From a virus (taxonomy: Duplodnaviria > Caudoviricetes), in the IMG/VR virus record IMGVR_UViG_3300043394_000263, positions 1 to 35,325 of that record: 35,325 nt of DNA; one strand, 5' to 3'. The stretch's first letter is position 1, and each line of letters starts with the position of its first letter. The notes under the pieces were generated by a model. The model had not been told where the DNA came from. It did no database searches and was given only the letters and a program-made list of their open reading frames with translations. This document shows, in pieces, positions 8,864 to 15,754 of this stretch. The translations under genes were made by a program, and so were the position numbers.

Positions 8864-8912
8864 GATAAATCTGCAACTATTTTCCGATTGTTTGTAAGTC
8901 GTTGAAAATGCG

Positions 8913-9006
8913 CCAGAACCCTGCGCTGCTGCGAAGGGCAGCGGGCCACGGCAGTTGTAAATTCGAGCGTCATTTTCCGCTGCCCTCGCAGAGCTTCACG
9001 TTAGGC
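8913..9006 (+). other. attC site 2B
   Basis: CCAGAAC-CCTGC-GCTGCTGC-GAAGGGCAGCGG...CCGCTGCCCTC-GCAGAGC-TTCAC-GTTAGGC. Confidence 0.9.
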
Positions 9007-9371
9007 TGCTTGTAAAAAAACCTCACATTTTTCAACCAATTTTTATTCAGTCCAGTCGGGTCATTAGCTGCTCCGACAGGAGCATAGCGACGGGCTAGAA
9101 ACTCTAAATAGTCTCCCGGCTTTCCGGCTTTCTCCCATCGCTTGACGTTGTTTCTGATCGTGTTTAGGCAGATTCTCCGAGCGTGCGCTTCGTCACGAAC
9201 TGGGATGCTCAAAATGCCGTAAGGCTTTTTAGCCTTTGCGCCGCCCTCAGCGCGATAGATAGCATCGGCTAACCGTTCCGCGTTGATGACTTCGCCCCGG
9301 CATTTTGTAGCGGACAATGCCAGTGCGCCAAGCGTGGCGAGTAGCCAGATGATTTTAGATGTCTTTGTCAT
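8970..9371 (-). CDS. Lysozyme-like / lytic transglycosylase-fold protein with N-terminal signal or anchor (candidate endolysin)
   Basis: Hydrophobic N-terminus, AIYRAEGG...PYGI, RYAPVGAANDPTGLNKNW; its C-terminal tail is encoded by attC 2B. Confidence 0.7.
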   Translation of the reverse strand: MTKTSKIIWLLATLGALALSATKCRGEVINAERLADAIYRAEGGAKAKKPYGILSIPVRDEAHARRICLNTIRNNVKRWEKAGKPGDYLEFLARRYAPVGAANDPTGLNKNWLKNVRFFYKQPNVKLCEGSGK

Positions 9372-9558
9372 TTTTGTCCTTTGCCCATTCAGCGGCGTAT
9401 GTTGAAACACTATCGACATGATGGCCGTATGTGACGAGCGCATCTAGGGCAGACTCGGCGGCCTCTTGAGTTCCTTCATCGTTTGATCGAGTGTCAATGA
9501 CGACCGTTTTGTATAGGCTGGCATCGTCACCCGCGCTTGGTTCGATTGTGATTCTCAT
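9355..9558 (-). CDS. Hypothetical protein
   Basis: ORF from MRITIEP overlapping the start of the next gene. Confidence 0.5.
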   Translation of the reverse strand: MRITIEPSAGDDASLYKTVVIDTRSNDEGTQEAAESALDALVTYGHHVDSVSTYAAEWAKDKNDKDI

Positions 9559-9641
9559 AACGGAAACAAAATAACCCATCGCTAGGTTTTGTCACCAAAA
9601 GAAACAATGAAAATCTTGCAACCGTGTGTGAAATTTCTGCA

Positions 9642-9836
9642 CTAACTAAACAAGCCTTTTAAGAAGTCGGGCATGTCTGAGTTCGCTTTTAAGAAGTCGC
9701 GTTCGGATTGTTTTCCGGCGCGAAAGGCTGCTCGCAAAAGCGTCTCTAGAGCGCGCGGGGTGATTTTCATAAACTCAGCTGCGAACAGCTTTTCATTCGC
9801 TCGCTTTGTTGATCTGATAAATTCTTCCTCAATCAT
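9642..9836 (-). CDS. Hypothetical protein
   Basis: 64-aa ORF with ATGA overlap. Confidence 0.55.
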   Translation of the reverse strand: MIEEEFIRSTKRANEKLFAAEFMKITPRALETLLRAAFRAGKQSERDFLKANSDMPDFLKGLFS

Positions 9837-10102
9837 TGGCTAACCTTCCGATAATTGTTCCGCCAGAGTGCTTCCGTGATTGTTCCTGCCAAACGATAGA
9901 CGCGAGACTCGGAAGCCGACGGCATGACGTGATGCACTAGCTCATGCACTAAAGTGTTTAGCAACTTCTTTGGTGACTGGCGGGGGTCAACCTCAATCTT
10001 GTTATCGCCCACGTAATACAATCCCCACGCTTTCTCGCGGCCAAGCTTTCGCTCAACTATTTTTAGTTTTCGCTTCGCCATAATAATAAGCGTGCCGAGC
10101 AT
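9833..10102 (-). CDS. Small HExxH zinc metallopeptidase-like protein (SprT/IrrE-like)
   Basis: AWGLY...IEVDPR...TLVHELVHH. Confidence 0.7.
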   Translation of the reverse strand: MLGTLIIMAKRKLKIVERKLGREKAWGLYYVGDNKIEVDPRQSPKKLLNTLVHELVHHVMPSASESRVYRLAGTITEALWRNNYRKVSQ

Positions 10103-10274
10103 TTATCAAAACACTCACACGACAAATTTGTTTTGATCTAACCATTGCATCAACCCTTTCGCGAGCGGCTCTCTCTCCTAGATTAAGCTCTGCGGCAATT
10201 TCTTTGACGCTCAAATATCCTTTTGGAACTTCTCGCAGGCTGTCGTCTTTTAGTGATTCAATCCAGCTTTTCAT
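10053..10274 (-). CDS. Small HTH DNA-binding protein
   Basis: VPKGYLSVKEIAAELNLGERAARERV. Confidence 0.65.
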   Translation of the reverse strand: MKSWIESLKDDSLREVPKGYLSVKEIAAELNLGERAARERVDAMVRSKQICRVSVLINARHAYYYGEAKTKNS

Positions 10275-10999
10275 AGTTCGATTATATCACTCGGCAAAAT
10301 CCATTTACCGTCCACGCTCTCGGCTTGCCACACAAAAAAGTTTCCGGTCTTTTCATTCACAACGCCAAACGCGAAGCCGTGAGAGTGGCGAAGGTGAGAG
10401 GGGATTCGGATTTGGTAGTCCATCGAGAGTTTGCATAAACATCCAACCGATCTGGCGACGCGCCGCTCCAAACCGGGGATGGAATGTTCGTCAATAGTGT
10501 GGACGTGGCCAATCAATGACGAACCATAGACTAGAGCAGTCTGACGGGCTGCATTCATTCCACAATGAAAACCGTGAAGCATCTTCAGCGAGCCGAGGCG
10601 ATATATTCCATCGCGATGATGGTAGGGGAGCATCTTGCATTTCATTTTGTCCATTAGTGTTAGAATCTCAACTACGCCTTTCATGGCGTAGTCTGATTGC
10701 ACTCCTTTGTTTGATGCTGCCAACTCCCACAATCTTTCATCGTGGTTGCCTCGTAAAAAAACATGAGGCTTGAAGCGTTTTATCCACTTCAAGCCTGCCT
10801 TGTAGTCTGCTTCCATTGATTCGCGACGCTCGTCTTCATTCGCCGCTTTTCTCAATGCCCGAAAATCCCACAAGTCACCACCAAAAACTCGCAGCTTAGG
10901 TTTCCAAATATCAATGAAATCAAACAGAACTTCATTCGCGGCTGGCTCTTGTTGATCGCCGTGAACGTCGGATGCGAAGATAAATTTAGTTAGTGACAT
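10271..10999 (-). CDS. Calcineurin-like metallophosphoesterase
   Basis: SDVHG, GGDLWD, RGNHD, LHG, GHVH metal-binding motifs. Confidence 0.9.
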   Translation of the reverse strand: MSLTKFIFASDVHGDQQEPAANEVLFDFIDIWKPKLRVFGGDLWDFRALRKAANEDERRESMEADYKAGLKWIKRFKPHVFLRGNHDERLWELAASNKGVQSDYAMKGVVEILTLMDKMKCKMLPYHHRDGIYRLGSLKMLHGFHCGMNAARQTALVYGSSLIGHVHTIDEHSIPGLERRVARSVGCLCKLSMDYQIRIPSHLRHSHGFAFGVVNEKTGNFFVWQAESVDGKWILPSDIIEL

Positions 11000-11351
11000 C
11001 GTATGGGTATTTCTTGTTTAGAGCATCCTGTCGCTCCGCGCAACCGCAGGACTTTCCAAACCTATTTTTGAACCAAAGCTTGAAACTTTCTCCGCCAACA
11101 ATCAGTCTCGACACAGTGTCACCTACGCCAACATCGTTTTTTGTCTTTTGTTTGGATATTATCTTAGCCCACATCGGCCATTTGCTGTCCGCTCTAAATT
11201 TTTTTCCAATTTCACGGCACTGGTCGTCTGTTAGTTCAACAAAATCCCCATCAATCAGCCCCACACGCATAACCTCTTCAAAATATCCAACGGAGCGGAA
11301 TAAAGACGTAGCCCGTATTTGATTGATCAAAAATCTTCTCATGGCGGGCAT
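10986..11351 (-). CDS. Hypothetical phage protein with GVGDTV...CGC motif
   Basis: GVGDTVSRLI...KSCGCAERQDALN. Confidence 0.65.
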   Translation of the reverse strand: MPAMRRFLINQIRATSLFRSVGYFEEVMRVGLIDGDFVELTDDQCREIGKKFRADSKWPMWAKIISKQKTKNDVGVGDTVSRLIVGGESFKLWFKNRFGKSCGCAERQDALNKKYPYDVTN

Positions 11352-12370
11352 GGGTCGTCACCGCTTGATTGCATCGCCGCAATGTATCCGTGGTGGCTAG
11401 TTCCTCCTGTGTTATCAAACCAGTTATTACTTGATGGCGAAATACGATTTCCAGAATGGACAATCAATCTCTCTCCATCAAAAGAATAATACCCCGGCGC
11501 AAGCTCTGTGGTTAGAAACGTATTTGAAGAAAGAGACGAAGATGCCAAGCTAAAGGTTTGAAGAGGAATATCATGAAACCTAAAATCCCCCGGGGCATCG
11601 CATCCAAATCCATCCTTAAATGCGTGGCAAGTTCTAGCAAACGCTGCGATGCTTGCTGATCCTGATGTAAAACCCCCCGGCGTGCCAGTTGAACCAAAAG
11701 CGATTGGAACAGTGTTTCTGTCTGTTCCGCTGTAAATTCTGCCGTCAAATTCAAAACCGTCATACTTTTCATCCCATGGGTATGTTGATGTTGGCCTCAA
11801 ATAAATGCGCGACCTTACGTTTTCGGCGTCAATTTCTGTTTGTGTGAGATGATAATATTCGGTTTCAAAAACAAGATTGAGCGTTGACTCAGTGCTTCCG
11901 CTGTATATGGCGGTTATTGCGACAGACTCCCTCATGTCTGAAAGTGGGCAAATTTCTTCCGCTCTTGATTTCCAAAGAGTGCAAAACGACACAAATGTAA
12001 ATGGTATCGAAAGCGCGAAGTTTTCATACTGATATTCGTAGCTACTGGTTTCAAAACTCCATCTGCGATATGTTTTTGTTATCGTGGTTTCTGTTGTTTC
12101 TGTTGAGTGAAGTGTAAAATCTCCATACCAAACAAAATCGCCACTTGTCTCCGTTGAAGAAGACTCAGCATTACTATCTTCGTCTCTATTTTTTGTCGTC
12201 GTCTGAGTTCCGGTGAGTCCGGTTCTGGTAAAAATTTCGCGAAGATACCTAGTCGCCGGATAGCCTGATCCGGTGTATGGATTGAAACCCGAATATGGCG
12301 CATCAATCTCAAACCATTTCCAATCGTTTCTTGGCGGGGCGCCGCAGCAACAGTATGGTGCGATTATCAT
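11339..12370 (-). CDS. Hypothetical Ser/Thr-rich protein, possibly virion-associated
   Basis: Long ORF; start placed at MIIAPYCCCG because the upstream extension is low-complexity A/T-rich intergenic sequence. Confidence 0.6.
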   Translation of the reverse strand: MIIAPYCCCGAPPRNDWKWFEIDAPYSGFNPYTGSGYPATRYLREIFTRTGLTGTQTTTKNRDEDSNAESSSTETSGDFVWYGDFTLHSTETTETTITKTYRRWSFETSSYEYQYENFALSIPFTFVSFCTLWKSRAEEICPLSDMRESVAITAIYSGSTESTLNLVFETEYYHLTQTEIDAENVRSRIYLRPTSTYPWDEKYDGFEFDGRIYSGTDRNTVPIAFGSTGTPGGFTSGSASIAAFARTCHAFKDGFGCDAPGDFRFHDIPLQTFSLASSSLSSNTFLTTELAPGYYSFDGERLIVHSGNRISPSSNNWFDNTGGTSHHGYIAAMQSSGDDPCPP

Positions 12371-12477
12371 ACACAGGAATTTTTTGCGGCCTGATCTTGT
12401 GGCTGCGCTTTCAGCCCAAACAAAACAAAAAACAAACAAGCGAGAATTTTCATATCCACCAAAATACACGAACTGCA

Positions 12478-12540
12478 AAAAAAACAAAAATAATTCTTGC
12501 GCGAACCAAATTCGTTGTGTATTTGTTTTTCAGAAAATAA
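12478..12540 (+). promoter_or_regulatory. Candidate promoter for the rightward cassette/intI transcript
   Basis: A-tracts, then TTGCGC (12497)-N17-TATTTG in the divergent intergenic gap; the -10 match is weak. Confidence 0.35.
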
Positions 12541-12819
12541 ATGAACACTGCAAAACTCATCAAAGACAACCTGCCCGGCTTCAATGGCCATGCGGCACTC
12601 TACGAACTCGACCCGCCCATAAAAGGCGAGAACGAGAAAACCCACAAGCGCGTCATCGTGTCGGCTGCTCACGCGATGTTCAGCGGCCCGGAAACCTACA
12701 TCTTCCCGGCGAAAGACGACGCCGAAGAAGTCGAAGACTGGGGCAACCTCGAAGGCTCATATCGCGGCGGAATGAGCCACGCCGAAGCACTCGAAGGTGC
12801 GGGCTATGCAATCGCCTAA
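12541..12819 (+). CDS. Hypothetical phage protein; fixed gene ahead of array 1
   Basis: 92 aa, ALYELDPP...GPETYIFPA...HAEALEGAGY; its TAA is part of the outermost GCCTAAC core, and no complementary GTTAGGCGAT lies upstream, so it is not itself a cassette. Confidence 0.75.
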   Translation: MNTAKLIKDNLPGFNGHAALYELDPPIKGENEKTHKRVIVSAAHAMFSGPETYIFPAKDDAEEVEDWGNLEGSYRGGMSHAEALEGAGYAIA

Positions 12820-12941
12820 CAACCAAGCTGAGCCACTGCCGCCCGGCAGCGAGCGTGGACGGCACTCAAAACTATGAATGAACCAAAACCAAACGAATCG
12901 GAGACGCGGGGCGGCAGTTGTGCTCCAGCGCCTTGTTCGGC
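12814..12941 (-). other. attC site 1a
   Basis: - strand: GCCGAAC-AAGGC-GCTGGAGC-ACAACTGCCGCCC...GGGCGGCAGTG-GCTCAGC-TTGGTT-GTTAGGC. Confidence 0.88.
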
Positions 12942-13254
12942 TTTGGCCGTGGGTGACTACGTGCTGGCGACCAAATACAGTGACGGCGACCCGCAAGACC
13001 ACTGGTGCGTGGGATACTACGCCGGAATCACCGCACCGCACTACGACCCGCCCCGCTTCGATGTAGTGGACGGCGAGGGAAAGCAGTTCCGTGGAAACGG
13101 ATTCCGCCGCGTGGAGAAGATCGCGCCAGAGCGCGGGGCATGGATGCTCCAACATGCCCGCGACATCGAGCTTTCTGGCCTGTCCGTTTGGCACTTCGCA
13201 ACGTGTCCTCTGGATGAGCCTAACGTGAAGGTCAGCGATGGCAGCGGCCTGTGA
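12874..13254 (+). CDS. Hypothetical protein (cassette gene)
   Basis: VGDYVLATKYSDGDPQDHWCVG...FRGNGFRR; starts in attC 1a and ends in attC 1b. Confidence 0.8.
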   Translation: MNEPKPNESETRGGSCAPAPCSALAVGDYVLATKYSDGDPQDHWCVGYYAGITAPHYDPPRFDVVDGEGKQFRGNGFRRVEKIAPERGAWMLQHARDIELSGLSVWHFATCPLDEPNVKVSDGSGL

Positions 13255-13310
13255 CTTTGAATTGCGAATGGCGGTCGCCCGCTGCCATTCGCTGCACCGT
13301 ATGGTTGGGC
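13218..13310 (-). other. attC site 1b
   Basis: - strand: GCCCAAC-CATAC-GGTGCAGC-GAATGGCAGCGG...CCGCTGCCATC-GCTGACC-TTCAC-GTTAGGC. Confidence 0.9.
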
Positions 13311-13320
13311 AGACCGAATT

Positions 13321-13662
13321 ATGAAAATCGTAAATCTGGAAACCTTCAGGAAGATGCCGCCGAACACGCTGTTCGCGAAATACCAGCCGTGCGTGTTCGA
13401 GGAACTGGAAATCAAAGGCGAGACATGGGAATACGACTTCCTCGTGTCGGCCAGTCTCTCGTCGGCCATCGAATGCACTGGCTCTGCCGAGTTCAGTGAA
13501 CTACTCGACCGCGCCGAAAAGACCGGCGAATCGCTGGCGATGGACTTCGAGAGCGAAGGCCGCGACGGATGCTTCGAGAAAGACCAACTGTTCGCCGTGT
13601 GGGAGGAAGCTGACGTGCGATCACTCATCGAACGGCTGAAACGCTGTTTGCCCAACGAATAG
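13321..13662 (+). CDS. Hypothetical phage protein (cassette gene)
   Basis: MKIVNLETFRKMPPNTLFAKY...RDGCFEKDQLFAVWE. Confidence 0.8.
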   Translation: MKIVNLETFRKMPPNTLFAKYQPCVFEELEIKGETWEYDFLVSASLSSAIECTGSAEFSELLDRAEKTGESLAMDFESEGRDGCFEKDQLFAVWEEADVRSLIERLKRCLPNE

Positions 13663-13739
13663 CTCACCGATGCGCGACCAACAGACATCCGAACTCGCCC
13701 AGGACGCCAACGCGCATTCGGTGGAGCGCATGGTTAGGG
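13650..13739 (-). other. attC site 1c
   Basis: - strand: CCCTAAC-CATGC-GCTCCACC-GAATGCGCG...CGCGCATC-GGTGAGC-TATTC-GTTGGGC. Confidence 0.9.
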
Positions 13740-14518
13740 GTCACGGTCAAAAACCAACTGTCCTCGACCTCTTTTCTGGCATCGGTGGTTTCAGTCTCGC
13801 ATTCGAGGCCGAAGGCTTCGAGACAATAGGATTCGCGGAAATCGAAGAATATGCAACACAAGTCCTCAAAGAACGGTGGCCACAAGTGCCAAACTACGGC
13901 GACGTGCGAAACGTCACGTCTCAACTCAATATCTCTCCTGATGTCATTACAGGAGGGTTTCCGTGTCAGCCTTTCAGTCTTGCCGGCAAGAGGGGTGGAG
14001 ATGCCGACGAAAGGTATCTATGGCCCGAATGCGTTCGTGTCATGCGCGAGCTACGACCCCGATTCGCACTCTTTGAGAACGTCACAGGGCTGCTTAATGT
14101 TGACGGAGGGCGAACCTACAACCGAGTGCTATCTGACTTGGCCGCGGTCGGGTATCATGCTCTCTGGAACTGTGTCCCCGCTTGTGCCGTTGGTGCGCCT
14201 ATCGAGCGGGACAGAATCTGGATTGTGGCCGTCTCCGACGAAAGCAGTAGGACAACGAGGCTGGGGAATCTCGAACACGGGCCGCGAACGCTACTCCCAT
14301 GGCCTGATACGGAGAGCGAGGATGTTTGGATACAAGCCGCCCGTGCCGCTTGTGGAATGGATGATGGGATACCCGAAGGGGCATACAAAGGTCGCGTCTC
14401 CTGTCTTGGAAACTCCATCGTCCCCGACGTTGCCCGAATCTTTGCGCGTGGAATCCACCGTGCGCTAGTGACCCCTAACGCTGCGGGTGAGCTACGGCCA
14501 CCCGGACAGAAACCGTAA
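13670..14518 (+). CDS. DNA cytosine-5 methyltransferase, alpha-type chain (cassette gene)
   Basis: Motif I DLFSGIGG, IV GGFPCQPFS, VI ENV, VIII ERDRIW, X LGNSIVP; no recognisable motif IX in this frame. Confidence 0.92.
   Translation: MRDQQTSELAQDANAHSVERMVRGHGQKPTVLDLFSGIGGFSLAFEAEGFETIGFAEIEEYATQVLKERWPQVPNYGDVRNVTSQLNISPDVITGGFPCQPFSLAGKRGGDADERYLWPECVRVMRELRPRFALFENVTGLLNVDGGRTYNRVLSDLAAVGYHALWNCVPACAVGAPIERDRIWIVAVSDESSRTTRLGNLEHGPRTLLPWPDTESEDVWIQAARAACGMDDGIPEGAYKGRVSCLGNSIVPDVARIFARGIHRALVTPNAAGELRPPGQKP
13851..14468 (+). CDS. Nested alternative-frame ORF, probable beta chain of the C5 methyltransferase (start uncertain)
   Basis: Open for 205 codons inside the MTase gene; ends with motif IX-like PVPLVEWMMGYPKGHT. 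Confidence 0.65.
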   Translation: MQHKSSKNGGHKCQTTATCETSRLNSISLLMSLQEGFRVSLSVLPARGVEMPTKGIYGPNAFVSCASYDPDSHSLRTSQGCLMLTEGEPTTECYLTWPRSGIMLSGTVSPLVPLVRLSSGTESGLWPSPTKAVGQRGWGISNTGRERYSHGLIRRARMFGYKPPVPLVEWMMGYPKGHTKVASPVLETPSSPTLPESLRVESTVR

Positions 14519-14601
14519 TAACGAATATGGCTCAAGAACTACAAAAGACTCCCGACGAAGCCCAAGAGCGGGTGGCCGTTAGCTCCACTCGCTTGTTGGG
14601 C
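14473..14601 (-). other. attC site 1d
   Basis: - strand: GCCCAAC-AAGCG-AGTGGAGC-TAACGGCCACCCG...CGGGTGGCCGTA-GCTCACC-CGCAGC-GTTAGGG. Confidence 0.88.
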
Positions 14602-14988
14602 AAAAACGGCCACGCTGCAATGGATGCGTGGGACAAGACTTGGCGGATGCACCACATGCCGATGTGGGCTAAAAAGCAAATCCGCATGAACGCGATCAAG
14701 AAAGGGAAGTGGGTATCGGCGGCACGATGGGGTCATACCACTGTCGAATCGCTACTACCCAATGACCTATTCGACCACTGGGGAAGCGTAAATCGAAACG
14801 GCGTCCGCGCACTTGTGGCGCAGCCATACGGCAACCACGATGATATAGCGGCTCAGTTCGCTAATGAATTGGGATGGTCGCTGAAGTCATACACTCCCGG
14901 CCCGTGGCGCGACGGGACGTGGTGCTACGAGTTTTTGCCCAACGTCCGCATGAGCGATGGCGGACTAAACGCGCCCGATTTGAAATGA
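14527..14988 (+). CDS. Hypothetical Trp-rich protein (cassette gene)
   Basis: LFDHWGS...LVAQPYG...GPWRDGT; starts in attC 1d and ends in attC 1e. Confidence 0.75.
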   Translation: MAQELQKTPDEAQERVAVSSTRLLGKNGHAAMDAWDKTWRMHHMPMWAKKQIRMNAIKKGKWVSAARWGHTTVESLLPNDLFDHWGSVNRNGVRALVAQPYGNHDDIAAQFANELGWSLKSYTPGPWRDGTWCYEFLPNVRMSDGGLNAPDLK

Positions 14989-15026
14989 AACGCACAACCG
15001 CCATTCGCTCCATGCGGTGGTTAGGT
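14937..15026 (-). other. attC site 1e
   Basis: - strand: ACCTAAC-CACCG-CATGGAGC-GAATGGCGG...CCGCCATC-GCTCATG-CGGAC-GTTGGGC. Confidence 0.9.
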
Positions 15027-15038
15027 GAAAATTTATGA
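14985..15038 (+). CDS. attC-encoded 17-aa relay peptide MKRTTAIRSMRWLGENL
   Basis: ATGA overlap with the upstream stop (14985-14988) and with the downstream start (15035-15038). Confidence 0.55.
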   Translation: MKRTTAIRSMRWLGENL

Positions 15039-15652
15039 ATGAGACTCTGACAATAGAAACCGAAGTCGTGAATAACCGCAAGTGGACGGACTTGCTTGCG
15101 GCGACGAAATGGGACTGTGCCTCCGGCCTGATAAACATCCTGTGGCAAGGCGGCGACCTGATGGTGAGAACGTCCAAAGCCTCTGACTGGAAATTCGTGG
15201 ACAAACTGCAAAAGGAAAACAGCGAGGCCGTCGGCTTCATCCAAGACACCATCTGGTCAAAATATGTCTGGGGCGGCGAGCGAAACTTCGTGGTGCTAAT
15301 CTGCGAAATGAATCTCGACCCCGTGGGCTATGTCCTGATGACGCCGGGACGCGGCGCAGAGACATACGGGAAAATCCAGCAAATCGCCGTGCGCCAAGAT
15401 GCTCGGCGGCTGGAATACGGGACTGCGCTAATAAATGTCGCCCGTCAATTCTGCCACGAATTTTCGAGGGCTGGCTTCACGCTGCGCTGCCGCGTGGACT
15501 TGGAAAGTAATCACTTCTGGAACGCGCTCGGATTCGAGAAGTATGGGACGTGGCAAAAAGGCAAACGCAACCACGTCGGAATGAAGGCGAGCAACGACAT
15601 AAACCTGTGGCGCATCAACCTGAACGAAGGGCTGCCGCGCCTTTTCACCTAA
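15035..15652 (+). CDS. GNAT-family acetyltransferase (cassette gene)
   Basis: IQQIAVRQDARRLEYGTALI (acetyl-CoA motif A) and ESNHFWNALGF (motif B). Confidence 0.85.
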   Translation: MNETLTIETEVVNNRKWTDLLAATKWDCASGLINILWQGGDLMVRTSKASDWKFVDKLQKENSEAVGFIQDTIWSKYVWGGERNFVVLICEMNLDPVGYVLMTPGRGAETYGKIQQIAVRQDARRLEYGTALINVARQFCHEFSRAGFTLRCRVDLESNHFWNALGFEKYGTWQKGKRNHVGMKASNDINLWRINLNEGLPRLFT

Positions 15653-15754
15653 CGACGGAACTCACGCACCGGCGACCAAAAAACTATGAAGAATCCAGAC
15701 GTTACCGAACAACCCGCAGCGCCAACGCCGGTTGCGTGCAGTGACTGGTTAGAG
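15647..15754 (-). other. attC site 1f
   Basis: - strand: CTCTAAC-CAGTC-ACTGCACG-CAACCGGCG...CGCCGGTG-CGTGAGT-TCCGTC-GTTAGGT. Confidence 0.88.

Larger units (their letters stand above)
7724..9006 (+). mobile_element. Cassette array 2: attI-like site plus two attC-bounded cassettes (7740-8446 and 8447-9000), no adjacent integrase
   Basis: Cassette ends are complementary: GTTGGCAGGCCAG/CTGGCCTGCTAAC and GTTCTGGCGCA/TGCGCCAGAAC; two attC sites. Confidence 0.85.

Noticed and set aside
8428-8973. 181-aa ORF spanning cassette 2B as one protein
   Set aside because: It overlaps the better-supported 8589-8828 gene and an internal promoter; only the last 54 aa look like a real protein, though initiation at the 8973 ATGA cannot be excluded
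12371-12487. N-terminal extension of the 382-aa ORF and + strand ORF 12273-12881
   Set aside because: Low-complexity A/T-rich sequence typical of a divergent promoter region
13251-13499. 82-aa ORF starting at the GTGA overlap in attC 1b as a functional gene
   Set aside because: It runs out of frame over the 13321 gene and has no motifs; it is more likely a relay peptide that misses an ATGA overlap at 13321 by one base
12814-15754. Intergenic hairpins read as rho-independent terminators, REP elements or a CRISPR array
   Set aside because: They have no U-tracts, differ in sequence, are separated by whole genes, are bounded by AAC/GTT boxes with conserved bulges, and no cas genes are present
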